DNA from: the human T2T-CHM13v2.0 reference genome, Homo sapiens
Reading direction: 5' to 3' (one strand)
Length of the DNA: 64,000 bases
Assembly: GCF_009914755.1 (NCBI RefSeq)
Contig: NC_060928.1
Shown: piece after piece, positions 11,250 through 23,589 of the stretch
Layout of the letters: the number at the start of each line of letters is the position of its first letter
How positions within the stretch are numbered: position 1 is the first letter of the stretch
Notes under the pieces: generated by a model
What the model saw: only the letters and a program-made list of their open reading frames with translations
Told to the model about the DNA's origin: nothing
The model's database searches: none
Position numbers and translations under genes: made by a program

Positions 11250-14060
11250 AGGTTACCAAAGTTTCCCCGTAGGTATATGTCTTTGACTTGGCTCTGTAAG
11301 GCCCTTTACCAGAAAGCTTTCCAAAAAAAATCAAATTTCATTGTGATTTGAATATCTAATAGTTATCCCTGGGGGAGGTTAGGACTACTCCCAGAATAGT
11401 TCAGAAGTGAAAATACAATCATTATTGATCATTCTATTCTATTAAAATGGTGTTATCTTTCTATTGTGAGAGCCGCTTCTAATTCCCTTTAGTTTAAAAA
11501 GTTTTCCCTTCAAAAAGCCTCTAGTAATATTTTTTAGCCTCATTTAGTATAGCATGACTAACTCCTAACGTCTTCACTAAACTCTTGCTATCTCCTGGGC
11601 AGCTGCTGAACAAGTTACCTCATATTCTGTTTCATTGTACATTTAAACAACCGTACAATTTAGGAAAATGATCTGAACATCCAAACATTGGATATCTAAC
11701 AACTGTCAATGGTTTTTTTTCTACCTCCAAATATAGCTTCAGCTGGGTATACTAAAAGGCTTCCCATAAAAGTTTTTTTTTTTTTTTGTCTGCTTCTGGA
11801 GGGAAAATATCTATCCTGTCAGATCTCACAATCACATCCATGCCTAACATCTTTGAAGTTATTCAGGTTCCATTTCGATTTTATTTAGATGAAATCCATG
11901 AAATTCACTTTTAACTTAATCAAACGATCATACAAATTGGGACATACTCAACAGGCAGCCACAGTTTGCTTTATATCACACCCAGGCAGCTGTTTGAATC
12001 ATATATTATCTTGATTTATGATCTCAAGGATGACAGAAGATCAACTCCACAGCATCTTTCACTTTATCCCATTGACTTGACCTTGAGTCATCAGAGTGTG
12101 CTACATACCGTCTTTTCCTCAGATTCACCAGGTAGAATTTCTACTGAAGATCAGTAGAAATCCAATCTCCTTTCTCCAGAGGTAACCAGTTTAGGATTTC
12201 TCTCAGCACTGGCTATTACTCAGTACCAGATCTAAGAAAGAGCACTGAGTTTATTCTCTTGCTCTGCAAGGCTAATATGGGGAATTATGTAACTACATCC
12301 TTCCTTGGGATTAGATTAACTTGTGACTGTCTTTGCCATCTACATGTCTTCTCCCCTTTTTCCACATTTATTACCTGTTTTGACCCAGACTTTTTCCCCA
12401 TAATTGGAGTTTCTATTTCAGCATAGGTGCTACATATCTGGTAAAATAACAAAAACAAACAACAACAACAAAAAAGAAATAACAAAACAGGCAGTGTTAT
12501 TTGGCAATGGAGCTGCCTTGATGCTTCAAGGCAGTAAAGATACTGCTCACCTACAAAATGCCTTTAGGAATACGAACAAGCAACTTCGAAGTAATCAATA
12601 TTGTGTCTTGAGTATTGATTTCAGCTTTTCTGATAAAGGTAAGTTTAACCTTGAGCATAGAACACTGTACCAAACAAAAAATTGTTATATGTGTAGGATG
12701 CACAGTTTAGGAATTAGATCTCCATTTGTCACTTTCTGTTCAAAACACGCTTCCATTGTGAAACAAAGATTTTAATTATTCATTCTAATTTTCAATGAGG
12801 CTTCTGCTCTGAGATTGTTAAGTAAAATTTGTGTAATATTGTTTCCCTGTTTTTTTTCTATTTTCTACTTTCAAAACAGTGAAATGCATACTGTACCGTG
12901 ATTCAGAGAAAAATATCCAGATGGGCTAAATTGATAGCTAATTCTTTATTTGAAATATTTACTTGTTTTCATGGTGTTGCTCCAGACAACATGAGTGAAC
13001 TCTACAGGAAAATAGAGTTTGATCCCAATTAATACTCACATATCATATTTTCTGCCTACTGATAGAGGTCTATAGTCATCCATTAATACAATCTGGTTTG
13101 ACCAACACCCAGTAAGACTCTAGCCATGTTTTACTTTTGGCTTTTAACAGCAGCTTCCTCAGGCATTTTTGGAGTAAAAATACTAAGAGGTATTCACTGA
13201 GCATCCCATTTCAATATATACCACAGATGCTGGTCTGCAACGTTGCAGTTGCAGATATTTCTAATGTCAACTAAACAATTGAATCATAAAGTTTTATGTA
13301 GACTGTGCCACTAATCTCCACCAGTCTTTTAATGATTATTTTTCTTTAGGACCTCTCTTAAATTCAGATATTTTTTCTATTGATTTTGTGAACAGGGCTT
13401 GGAAGGATTCTTAAATAAAAAATATTATCTTTTCAAAACCTGGAAAATGGGTAGTCTCTGAGCTTCATGTTGATTGGCAGAATCTGTGCAAGAGAACAAT
13501 GTAATTCTCACAATTTGAAGAATACGTCTGGTTGATCCAGTCCACTTAATTCTGAGAAAGTCCACAGACTGGATCGGGTCTTGGATTTTAGCTGGATTCA
13601 TTGACTGGGCTATATTTGTCATATGGACAACTACAGTCCTTAACTCTTCCTGAGCTGAGCAGACCCTGTCATAAATGGGTTTCTGTTCCACATGAATGAA
13701 AATTGTGCTTGACTGTCCTCCTGCATTAGAATGGAAGATAAGTTATTATCCAGGTTTTCAAGGGCATGCCAGTTCCCCTTCACCTATTGTTGCTTCATAG
13801 GCTCTACTGCATCAAATACAACAGAAGCAATCAGAGGAACCGTATTGTTTAATCTTTAATAGTCTATCAAATCCCAGGAAACATGTTCCTTGTGCATTGG
13901 CCAGAAGGAGTTATTTATATGGGAAGTTAGTGAAACCCCTGTTTCACCCATTCCCTTAAACGGAGCAGTGATCTCTTGTTATTCTCTTGAAATTCTGTTG
14001 TGCTTAATATTTACTTCTTTAGAGGGCACTGGTAATTTTCACCTAACATGTCTAGTTAAA
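11250..14060 (-). mobile_element. Decayed retrovirus-like pol (RT - tether - RNase H - integrase) of an ancient LTR element
   Basis: Manual minus-strand translation. RT: KLPVPSKEVNIKHNRI, NNSFWPMHKEHVSWDLIDY*RLNNTVPLIASVVFD...GNWHALENLDNNLSSILMQEDSQAQFSFMW, NPAKIQDPIQSVDFLRIKW...EAQRL (ERVL-type). RNase H: FT(D)GS at ~12750-12765. Integrase: PGCDIKQTVAAC*VC, LGMDVI, PAEAIFG, GKGPYR. Confidence 0.8.
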
Positions 14061-14169
14061 ACTGGAAGACAAGTTTATGTAATCATCCCATGACATGAAT
14101 TGGTCAATTGAATTTGAGTAAATTCTCTGCACACTACCCCAGAGCAGAGGTGCCTTCCCCTTTATGTCT

Positions 14170-14366
14170 GTTATGAGAATGGACATGTCTCATAAATAGA
14201 GCTTCTTTTCTCTGGTTCCCTGAATGTGAAGACCCAGAGCGCCACCTGGCATGGAGTCATAGCTCATCTACAGCCTACCTATAATTTGAGCAACACGTAT
14301 AGCTTTCTGTTGAAAGCTACTGAGGTATTGGGGCCATTTGTTGCTATAATGGTATTGATTAATACA
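14170..14366 (+). mobile_element. Old MaLR LTR 3' fragment (MLT1I/J-like)
   Basis: Ends gaaagctactgaggtattggggccatttgttgc...tgattaataca, typical of MLT1 3' termini. Confidence 0.55.
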
Positions 14367-14499
14367 CTATCTTATGATAAATCTCAACAAATAGAGATAA
14401 CAAAGGCAAACATTTCCTGGAAACTAATAGTTTCCCTGGATTATTCTAAATATATTGATTGCATTGATGAACCACATGTCTTATCTTCCTTGGTATGGT

Positions 14500-14997
14500 G
14501 ATGCTAAGTTTTCTATTACTGCTATAACAGATTACCACAAATTTCGCGACTTAAGAAAACTCTGCAAATTTATTATTTCACAGTTCTGTAGATTGGAAGT
14601 CCAACAGAGATCTCACTGGGCTAAGATAAAGATAACAGCAGGTGGCGTTACTTTCTGAAGACTAGGAAAAAATCTATTTCATTGTGTTTTTCCAGCTTCT
14701 AGAGGTGGTGATTTACTTGTCTCATGGCTTTGTTCCTCCATCTTCAAAATCAGCAAAGTGGGGCTCAATACTCATGCTGCTATCTCTCTGGTTCTTGGAC
14801 TCTCTCTCCAGCTTTTATATTCTAATTTCAAGAGCTTTTATGATCACATTATACCTATAAGGATAAATCAGGATAATCTCAATGTTTTTTACTTAGTCAC
14901 ACCTGCAACACGCTTTTTCCATGTAAGCTAACACATTCACAGGTTCCAGAGAGTAGGAAGTGGACATATTTGAAGGGTCACTATTCTACCTATTACA
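14500..14997 (-). mobile_element. MaLR LTR, MLT1D-like
   Basis: ttttctattactgctataacagattaccacaaatt...cagttctgtagattggaagtcc...ctcactgggctaagataaag...cacaggttccagagagtagg...ctattctacctattaca. Confidence 0.85.
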
Positions 14998-17127
14998 ATA
15001 CCATTGTCTCACGTTTTCTCCTTCATTGGAGCAAAATGGTTATTAATATATGGTCCCCAATTCATCTGGAGTATCAGTAATATGTGTGAATAGAAATACC
15101 TTGAAATTTGACCTCCTATACAAAATGTTCTCCATCTTTGTCATAACTTCTAAAAGATCTAATGAGTTAATCTAGTTCATTCTCTGCTTGGCTGACCCAT
15201 GATGACTCACCTTTGTTTGATTTTGCATTTTAAACATCTTTTAATAATGAATTTCCTTTAACTGTTCCAATCCAAATTTTAAAGCTTTAGGGATATAAAA
15301 CTTCATTTTCTCATAAAAATCTCATTCTTTTCATGAGTCTACAATAAATATAAATATTACTTTTAGTGCTAACTAAACACTGATGTGTTAATGTTTTATG
15401 TAGCTATATATATTAGATATCCTTTCTAAATATCCATCATTCTCTGTTACTGAAAGACTTTGTATTGCTTCTGCGGCCTGAGCCCCAATGATAACAAACC
15501 CCAGTGGATTCTTCTGCATTTTACTGAGCCAGTGTCTTTGACATTGATGGCTTACTGGTCAGCACAGGGAAACGACTGACAGGCTTATACACTTGTGGAA
15601 CCTGATGAATACAGCATATGCCACAAAAGTCAATGCTGTTAATAAAGTTGGCATTATGCAGTAATGCGCAAATCTATGTATCGCAACATAGGATTAAACA
15701 TTTTAGATTGAGACAGAGGCTGCTGATACTGATGGAATCGGCTTGAGAAACTCGTCAAAATTAGAAGGATTAGATACTAATTACTGGAAGAAAATGAAAA
15801 AGATCCATCATAATCACTTGCTGGTACTCTTATTTTAACTATACTGTCTTTCTCCCTCAATTCTAATCCTTATTTATTTACAACATAAATGTATGCTTTT
15901 ATATACCCTAAGACTTATCTAATTACTTGTAAATAAAAGTCTGTCTTTTCCTCAGTGCCTTTTTGGGAAACCAATTGGTGTATATTGCATTAGCTGACCT
16001 CTCACATATTGAGTCTTAAATCAATTATAGTTATTATCATTACTGTCTCATCTTCTTCTATTTCTTCTAGGATATTATTATATTAATTTGACTGCTTATT
16101 TTCATGTTAATGCTATAATCATCTAAATGCTTTTCCTCCTCCCTATAAATACCTTATGGTTTCTTTAATGAAAATGAGAACAACAACAACAACAAAAAAA
16201 AAAAAAAAAAAAGGGAAAGAAAGACTTCTACTTCTGTCCGTTAAGTATTAGCTGTTAGGAAATTTGCCATTTTGCCACAAACAACTGGGAAAAACAAACA
16301 AAAACTCAAGCAAGAGTTTTCAGACATTGACCAACAGGCAGTGCAGGGCTATAAACCCTGACAAAAAGAAAGGGAGCCCTATTATTTTACCAGATTTCTT
16401 CCCAGCTTCATTTTCCAAGGGATAGCTCAGGACTGGAGAATCGCAACAGCTTGGGAATCAGAATTTGAGAGGCTGATGAAGAATTCCTGACAAAAGGTTT
16501 GGAAAGGAGGAAGCTACATAAAGAGAAAGAAAAAGAGCTATGGAGACTTATATTGAATCTTTGGATGGTGAAAGGTGCAAATGTGAGAGGACAGGAAAGA
16601 ACTGGTGGAAACAAAGGCCAAATAATCCACATCAGGCTGGAAGTTCACTTCTCAGCAGCAAGGTTGGAGAGTTCTATGTCGCACAGAGATTGGGCATAAA
16701 GACTTGCTCTTGAGGTGAGGCCAAATAGTCCTAAAGATGGCTCTGGGCCTGCGATAAAAAAAGCCTAACAGTGGGGCTCCAAAGAGGAAAATTGATCCTC
16801 AAATTGCATAACAGTGTGCCAGATCAAAATTCAAAAGTATTTTAATAAAATTCAAAAAAATGCAGGACTCAGCAACCAAAATCCACAATATGAGATGTCC
16901 AGTCAAAAGTTATACCTTAGTAAACTTAACAAAAAAAGTACTACCCTGTCAAATAGGTAGAAATATATAACCTATTTTATCAGTAGAGAACTCAGTCAAT
17001 AGAATCAGATGAAAGACTAACAGATACTTTAACAAATAGATAATTTTCTTAAAATGGCTATTATAGGTTTTAAATGTTCAAGAAGGTAGAAGAATTCTTG
17101 GACATGGTGAACAGAAAAATGAATAAC

Positions 17128-17923
<796 letters not shown>

Positions 17924-18387
17924 GATAATAAGAACCACAGGAAACTTCTAGAAATCAATAATTAAATGCATACAGTGAAAAATACACTGGAAATAAAAGC
18001 AGATTGTAACTAACTGAAGACAGCTTTCACTTGAAGACAAACGATAAAACATTCAAAATGACAAATGGAAAGAAAAGAATGACAGAAGTAAACATTGGTA
18101 AACATTGACCAATATAACAGAGCCTAAAATATGTTATTGGAGTCTTAGATTGAAAGGTGGGTAGACAGAAAAAAAAGGTTAAAGAAATAATGCCCCCAAA
18201 TTTACAAATTTAATCAAAATTGTAGACCTAGAAATCCAAGAAGTTCAATGAAATTTAAGCAGAACTAATATATTTTGAAAAAGATTGATCTTATATGAAA
18301 TTTTTGAAAACCAGTTATAAAGAGAAAAGTTTTTAAATGCAGAAAAGTAGATATACAAATGAACAATAATAAAGATAGAAGAACCAT

Positions 18388-18548
18388 TTTTGGGAGGCCA
18401 AGGCAGACAGACAGCTTGAGTGCAGGAGTTGGAGACCAGGCTGGGCAACATGACAAAATCAGGTCTCTACTAAAAATACAAAAAATTAGCCGTACGTGGT
18501 GGCATGCACCCCTGTAGTCCAAGCTACTTTGGAGGCTGAGGTGGGAGT
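18388..18548 (+). mobile_element. Truncated AluJ-like fragment
   Basis: tttgggaggccaaggcag...gcttgagtgcaggagtt...ctgggcaacatg...ggaggctgaggtgggag; 3' part and tail missing. Confidence 0.85.
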
Positions 18549-18559
18549 ATTAGTATGTA

Positions 18560-20300
18560 TTTGTTAAAAACAAGGACATTAATCTATATAACCAAAAACA
18601 CCATAAAAATTAGCTAATTAACATAAATTTTATCTAAGCCTGGGATGGATCTATATCTCAGTATGCCTTTTGGAGCCAAATATTCCAGCTGAGGACCCAA
18701 AGGTGCATTGTTTCCATGACATTTTAGTTTTACTCAGTCTGATAAGTTCCTCAGTCTTTTCTTGATTTTTATGATCCTGATATTTTGAAGACTACAGGCT
18801 ACTTACTTGTAAAAGGTCCCTCAGTTCATAATGTCCAATGTTTTATTACAACTAGATCAAAGTCACGCATTTTAGGCAGGATTATCACAGAAATACCATT
18901 CCAAATGTTGCCGCATGCTCATTGCATCCTATGGGTTGGCACAATATTTCACTTTGCTCTGTCACTGATAATGTTCACCTTGCTCACTTTATTCAGGTAT
19001 TTCCTGTCTGCCAGACTTCTTCACTATAAAGTTATGCTTCTGTCTATAATTAATAAGGATTGTCTGGGAGATACATTGTAATTATGTAATTCTCAATATC
19101 TCATTAAAACTTCAATTTACTCATTTATTTATGTCTGTATGAAGCTGTGATTTCCTGTTTAATGAATTATATTTTATATTATCATCATTATTTATTTTGA
19201 TGCTCAAATTGCCCCAGATTTGGTCAGAGAAGTCCCATTTAGACTAGCTTTTGTGTCCTTTTTCATATCCCTTTGATTCATTAAGTATTTCTTTTCTTTT
19301 TCGTACAAAATATTGCATGTTCTTTTGTATTTTCTTTGGCCCAGTTTAAGAATCAACTATTTCTCCAAGGTCCTCTATTTGTTTTTCATAAAAAATGTTA
19401 AGTTGAGGCGAATGTATAGTCACGAAATGTACTGGCTTTTATTCTAATTATGCCAATTTCAGTGAGCATAATTAGGCAGTGCATGTGAATTCCTACACAC
19501 ATATTCCTAAACATGCATGTGCATGTTAATATGTATATTTATTTTTTGACCTATCTTTCTATATTAAAAGTCACACATTTATACTTTCATATCCCATTTC
19601 TATCCAAACTACAATATTATTCTAGATTTTCCTCTTTCTGCACTTACCCTTCTCCCAAATGCAGACTTTCCTCCCTGCACCTAGGTTCCAGAGTTTCATC
19701 CCAGGATGACCTTCTCACCCTGCTTGGGCTCTGACATCCTACAACAGAGTACCCCTCTATGTGAAAGCTCTCCTGAAATTTCTTGGGCTCTAACACTCCA
19801 CTCCAGGCCACTCACAGGCACACATGACCCTCTCAGGCTGATCATTCTCTGGCAGCCCCCATTCACAGCTGCTCTCCTCATCCCAGTGCGACTCTTTGCC
19901 TCCTGTGTGAACCTTACTTCGCTTCACTCCACTTACTCTCTAGCATCCCTTGCTGAACCATCCTAGTGCATGGATGCCCCACTTATCTTTTTGGGGAGCT
20001 ATGATTCTAAATGCCCACTTTACATGTAGTTACCCCCACTGAAGATAGGCATGCTCCTCTCCTTGATCAGGTTCCAAGCACTCCTGTCAGCCTGCTTCTC
20101 TGTGTGTATGTCTTGTCTCCCTTCTTTGACTGTGCCTCCTATGCCTGGCCTTCTCTGCCCTCATAGAAACCTGCCTCAGTCCACCTGGGCTCCTACAGGG
20201 CTCAGCGCCACTGTGCTCCCTACCCCCACTCCAAAATGGCTGCCTATCTTGCTTTCTCCCATCTAATAGTTTATATCTGACTTTTTCAGAAAAGGAAGGT
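18560..20300 (-). mobile_element. L1MC4/5-type 3' region, probably including the C-rich degenerate repeat at 19650-20260
   Basis: aaaaacaaggacatt...cagtctttt...tattttgaagactacagg...tttattttgatgctcaaattgccccagatttgg matches old L1MC 3' ends. Confidence 0.65.
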
Positions 20301-20820
20301 AAGACAGCTAAGAAAGGGAAAAATAAAAGAAAGATGTATTTTTGAATCTCAAATTAATTGTTCTTTGTGCTTCTATTTCTATAAATTAATACAATCTTCC
20401 CAATTTTTCAGGGTTCCAGTTATCCATTTGGTAAATATACTGAGTCTCTATTATTTGCACAGCATTTGAGATGTTTACTTAAAGATCATGAATTTGTTCA
20501 TTTGAACAAAGAAAACTACTTCCCTCAGATCAAAATTTAGGATTTAGGATCTCTTGTCAAGTTGCAAAATTCAGTAAATAATGTAGCCAGATTAGGACCT
20601 AACATTTCATTAATATCAAATCACCATGAATACTCATTCAATTATCATCTATTAATTTTATTTTCTGCTGGTTTACGTACCTGTATGAAATTGGTTGTTA
20701 CAAATTTGGAGTAAATTGTGAGCTAGAACTTATTTGAAGTAATATGGATTCCTATATATTCTTTCATTGAATCACTATGTCTTTTAGCTTAAAATTAACT
20801 CTAGTATCATGAGTATCATG

Positions 20821-20822
<2 letters not shown>

Positions 20823-20856
<34 letters not shown>
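20823..20856. repeat. (CA)n microsatellite
   Basis: Direct reading. Confidence 0.95.
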
Positions 20857-20859
<3 letters not shown>

Positions 20860-20899
20860 TATATACCCTGTATGCCAGAAATGGTAACACAGTTTACAA

Positions 20900-21060
20900 A
20901 TGAACCTTATTATGTAGGTATTTTTATTATCACATTTAGCATATGGAAAAACTGAATTGTGGAAATGAAGTGATTTTTCTAAGCTCACAGACCTTGTAAG
21001 TGATGAGGTAAAAAAGTAAGCCTGAGCCAGTATAGTTACTTACTTGAGATTCTTAATCTT
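20900..21060 (-). mobile_element. MIR fragment
   Basis: gtaggtatttttattatcacattt...atggaaaaactgaa...gaagtgatttttctaagctcacag...gtaagtg. Confidence 0.7.
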
Positions 21061-22804
21061 TATTTTTCATGTTCTGACTCCCCATCCAGATCTCATTAGA
21101 AGTTGTATTTCATCACTTTTCTTTATACGTTAAACATATCAAATTGTGTGTATTACATACAATTCCTTTTTTAGTGTGGCTGTTCCCATTGTTTAGAACT
21201 TTCACATTGCAGATTTCCATCCTATAATTTCTGTCTGTAATTAACTCAGTCTTGTTCCTGAAGATGCAGGACAGGAATAATCAGTTCATTTTCAAAGGCA
21301 ACATTGATCACTGATCTACTTTCAGATTTGAAGTTATACCACCTATACATTCAGATATGTATACATTCAGGCAACTACACAAAATTTATAAAATGAAGTT
21401 TTATACTTTTAGTGTATTTTTTATTAGTTATTGAGTGTTTTTGTGAATTTCCTTCTGTAAATCTACAATATGACCCTTAGTTTGGATGGGAATTGCCAAT
21501 TCACCTTAGTTTCTTCTTGATTATGCCTATGGCAGTGCTTTAAAAGAGAAAATGTTTATTTATTGTGTGGTAAATTAACAAACAAGTGGGCTTAATTTTT
21601 GGAAAGAGACAATCTATAAACCTATAGAGCAGAATGGTCATTCTGTAAAAATTCTTAGCAGTTTATACAAAATGTTCGTTCCACAATAAATATTGTTGAT
21701 ATACTTTAGATTATCTTTAACTACAATGAGTGAATGTGTTGCTTGTTTTGGCTCACATATTCTAAATATTCTTTATCTGAGGAACATGATGACTTTCTTT
21801 AGACCAGTGGTTTAAAGTGAGGAAGTAAACCTGGGGGTAAATCAGTTTACGTGTACTGTCCAAGACAAATCATTTATTCTGTGTGATAAATTTTAATGCA
21901 AAGATGAGCAACTGATGAACACAAAAATGAGATCATTATACATTTGTGTCTGTTTTCACTCTAGAATAATCAACTTGCCCTTTGCTTGTGAACACAGCCT
22001 AAAATTCAGTGAGAGAGTACCAGTGTGCAGTTCATAAAGAATACTCCAAAATAACAGTGAATGGAGTTGGTGATCTAAGACCTTTGTGATGAAGGAGAAA
22101 AGTCCCCATTTTATCATATGTGTCTGAAAATAATTATTAATATTGCTTTCATAACCTAGATTACACATTTTTTAACAAGTGCTGTAGAAACAGCAGGATA
22201 TGTTTCTATACAATTTTTCAAATATGTATAGAAAACATGACAATATGTTTGATAGAAATTTAATGCCTGGTAATTTTTATTCTATATGCATAGGATACCA
22301 TAAATGGTAGTTAACGTAGTTGACGTTTTCGTTTTCTATATGTCACTGGATTTTCAATTTGAACACTACCTTTACTTTTGCTTCTCAGCTATTGTGTTTT
22401 CAAATTTACTTTTTTCCTTCTGAAGTAATAAATGTTGTTCGCTGATGCTTTGCCTTAAAATGGCAATGATATGTTAGCAAAACGAGGCTCTGTATGTGTA
22501 ATTGCATACCATGTAGGTACCTTATTTATACTGCATACATAGAGACAGGACTTTTACATGCATGCCATTGATTTTAGGGTTATGATAATCATATTTTTAT
22601 ATTTTAACATAAGCAATGTGTTAGCCACAATGGCTCTTGACATAGAGCTGTCCAGCCTATACCTATGTACAGATGACTTATTAGAGTAAAAATAATATTT
22701 ATAAGAATCTCTCTTGACAGATTATATAAAATATTTTATATCTATGCATTATATATATGCACCATGTTATAAAAAATAATCTAATTGCAGAAAGATATTT
22801 AGAT

Positions 22805-22994
22805 TAGTAGTTCTCAAATTTTGATATTTGGACCAGCAGTTATTGCCGTAAGCGATGAGCTTATTAGATATGCAAATTCTTGGACCATACTAATCCCAAA
22901 AGACTGAATTAATACTTCTAGGAATAGAGCCTAGGAAACTGCATTAATAAGCTTTCCATGTGATTCTGATAAATGATAAAGTTTGAGAACCAGC
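22805..22994. mobile_element. MER5A hAT-Charlie DNA transposon (MITE)
   Basis: ~190 bp with TIRs tagtagttctcaaa...tttgagaaccag and internal ttagatatgcaaattcttgg...tgattctgat. Confidence 0.8.
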
Positions 22995-23589
22995 AGGGAA
23001 AATCTATATCTATTATATCTACCCATCTAATCTAATCTAATATTCATTAAACAATAGTAAAAATATGGATGCACATTTTAATATACAAATAATTTTTGTT
23101 TATAAAAAATTTCAACATTATATATAAATATAAACCTCCATAGAGCTCTAATTGCTGGGTCTTGTGTCTGCTCTAGATTGTATAAACATAGCTGAAACCT
23201 CTTGGGAAAGTAAGAGTGATAGCAGTGGATCATGTTGGAGAAAATATGGAAGGCATGCACCTCTCATGCCCAGGAGTGTGAAAGGAGACAGAGGCTTTAA
23301 AACATTCAGGATCTTGCACTACTGGAGATGAGAATAAATGGATCACCTGTAAGAGTCACCCTGTGTTACAAATTGATTCCTCTGTAATTATTCTCAAGAA
23401 GACTCAGCAAAGACTGACACACATACACAGTCATGTACACACACACATACACACAGACCCATACATATACATATGTAATTTTAGTTGAGTTTAACAAAAG
23501 CTTCTAGAATAGTCACTTAAACTTTTAAAGGTTAATCTATATTTATAATACTTAGATATGTTTGAAGCATTCACAAAATTTTAAAAAAC

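Noticed and set aside
12136-12161. aatttctact...gtaga hairpin resembling a Cas12a crRNA repeat (perfect 11-bp stem)
   Set aside because: Single copy, no repeat-spacer array or cas genes, primate context; a chance or fold-back palindrome
15030-15120. Possible protease motif (ITDTPDELGTI, minus strand) upstream of the fossil RT
   Set aside because: Too weak a match to the DTG motif to call without a profile search
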